The notes beneath the pieces were generated by a model. That model did not search any database. It saw only the letters and a program-made list of their open reading frames with translations, and had not been told where the DNA came from. Positions 41,494 to 42,492 of a stretch of 42,492 bases of DNA are shown here, piece after piece. Each line of letters opens with the position of its first letter. Positions within the stretch are counted from its first letter, which is position 1. Both the position numbers and the translations under genes were made by a program. Source of the DNA: Nanobdellota archaeon (GTDB lineage Archaea > Nanobdellota > Nanobdellia > SCGC-AAA011-G17 > GW2011-AR17); the NCBI GenBank assembly GCA_030018575.1, contig JASEIA010000001.1, positions 1-42,492 of the forward strand, given 5' to 3'.

Positions 41494-42378
41494 ATGGTTT
41501 TTGACTGCCACGTGCATACAAGGCACAGCGGGCATTCGGAAGAGTGTAAAATCTTTGAATTAAAAGAGGAAGCTTTAAGGAAAGGCATTGAGATAAGCAT
41601 AAGGGAGCATGCGCCTTTCCCGCCTGAATTCTTTGACTTCTCAAGAAAAGGCAGCTATCATTATACAGACGGGCTTTATGCAAACATGGTTGCGCTGAAC
41701 AGGCGGAATGTGCGCGCATTCTTTGAAGAGGTCGAGGAAGCAGGCGTTTCTTTAGGGTTTGAGGTCGACATTCTTCCTGGATTTGAGGAAGGCACTGAAA
41801 GAGTTATTGAAAAACTGCAGAAGTATGCGGGATGGCACGGCGTGAAGATAGACGCTTTCAACTGCTCGCACCATCTTTACAAAGGCTACTCATGGGACGC
41901 CTCTCGTGAGGCCTTTCTTGGCGTGCTGAATTACGCAGGCGGGTTCAGGAACTTTTCAAGCTCTTATTTCTCTTCTATAAGGGCTGCTGTCAAGTCAGGG
42001 CTTTATGATGCAGTAAGCCATATTGAGCTGCCTATGAAATTTATTGAAGCCGGCTCTGAGCTTGAAAATATTGTTGAAAAATCAAAGGCGGCTTATTATT
42101 CAAAGCTTGCAGAAACACTGCTCTGCGCAAAATCCCATAATGTTGCAGTTGAATATAACACTTCAGGCATTGACAGGGCGTGCAGGAAGCCTTTCCTTTC
42201 TGGCTATGCCTTGCACTTTGCTTATCATATGGATGCGCCTTTACTGATTGGCTCTGACGCGCATAAGCTGAAAGATGTTGGCAGATATTTTGATTTTGGC
42301 GTCCGGCAGCTGAAAGAGTATGGGATACATAAATTGCATTACTTTAAGGAAAGGAAAATGGTTTCTTATAATATCTGA
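41494..42378 (+). CDS. PHP-domain phosphoesterase (histidinol-phosphatase HisJ-like)
   Basis: MVFDCHVHTRHSGHS, SHIELP, IGSDAH metal-ligand motifs. Confidence 0.75.
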   Translation: MVFDCHVHTRHSGHSEECKIFELKEEALRKGIEISIREHAPFPPEFFDFSRKGSYHYTDGLYANMVALNRRNVRAFFEEVEEAGVSLGFEVDILPGFEEGTERVIEKLQKYAGWHGVKIDAFNCSHHLYKGYSWDASREAFLGVLNYAGGFRNFSSSYFSSIRAAVKSGLYDAVSHIELPMKFIEAGSELENIVEKSKAAYYSKLAETLLCAKSHNVAVEYNTSGIDRACRKPFLSGYALHFAYHMDAPLLIGSDAHKLKDVGRYFDFGVRQLKEYGIHKLHYFKERKMVSYNI

Positions 42379-42492
42379 AGGTGGAGCGGAGCGACCTCTG
42401 GTAAGTTGAGAAACTCGGACGGACATTGGTTAATTACCGTCATCTCCAAAATTTTTAAATCTTGCAGTTAATTCAATCAGACCAAGCAATTT

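Noticed and set aside
1-42492. CRISPR arrays, rRNA genes, integrases, transposases and reverse transcriptases.
   Set aside because: No regularly spaced direct repeats and no ORF with the corresponding catalytic motifs were seen on either strand.
42379-42492. GC-richer tail GGTGGAGCGGAGCGACCTCTGGTAAGTTGAGAAACTCGGACGGACATTGG as the start of a structured RNA or tRNA.
   Set aside because: No cloverleaf or known conserved RNA motif could be drawn, and it is truncated by the window end.

Overview
This is an archaeal chromosomal fragment. The evidence is Sec61-gamma/SecE plus Spt5, ribosomal S12-S7, the Pop5-PsmA-Rrp4-Rrp41-Rrp42 exosome superoperon plus RpoK, FtsY, class II RNR, A/T-rich TATA boxes 24-34 nt upstream of many start codons, an A1:U72 initiator tRNA and intron-containing tRNAs. 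The small housekeeping clusters and the many hypothetical genes suggest a reduced (DPANN-like) lineage, but that is inference only. Core genes are interleaved with accessory or defence-like cassettes: a decayed type I HsdR tail, a type II R-M pair, an AbiE-like wHTH plus split nucleotidyltransferase, a VapBC-like pair, a COG2865/AlbA_2 ATPase, two MNT-HEPN pairs, two DUF4143 ATPases and an ExeA-like ATPase.

The most notable observations are:
1. Three accessory cassettes are each bracketed by short direct repeats or gene-3'-end relics: a 24-bp perfect repeat around MNT-HEPN, a relic of a radical-SAM C-terminus behind a DUF4143 gene, and a 27-nt repeat around a 117-aa gene. These look like footprints of site-specific cassette insertion.
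2. A multi-copy palindromic GGATAATTC element occurs at three loci, and its core is inverted between copies.
3. Two tRNAs (iMet-CAU, Ile-UAU) each appear to carry two introns, including non-canonical T-loop and D-loop positions.
4. A conserved three-hairpin block with compensatory changes sits upstream of two unrelated leaderless promoters.
5. An operon encodes a small protein with an acidic, Glu-terminated tail followed by an AAA+ ATPase, next to an ATP-grasp ligase.

No CRISPR array, rRNA, integrase or transposase was seen. All function calls rest on motif recognition by eye, and no database search was run.
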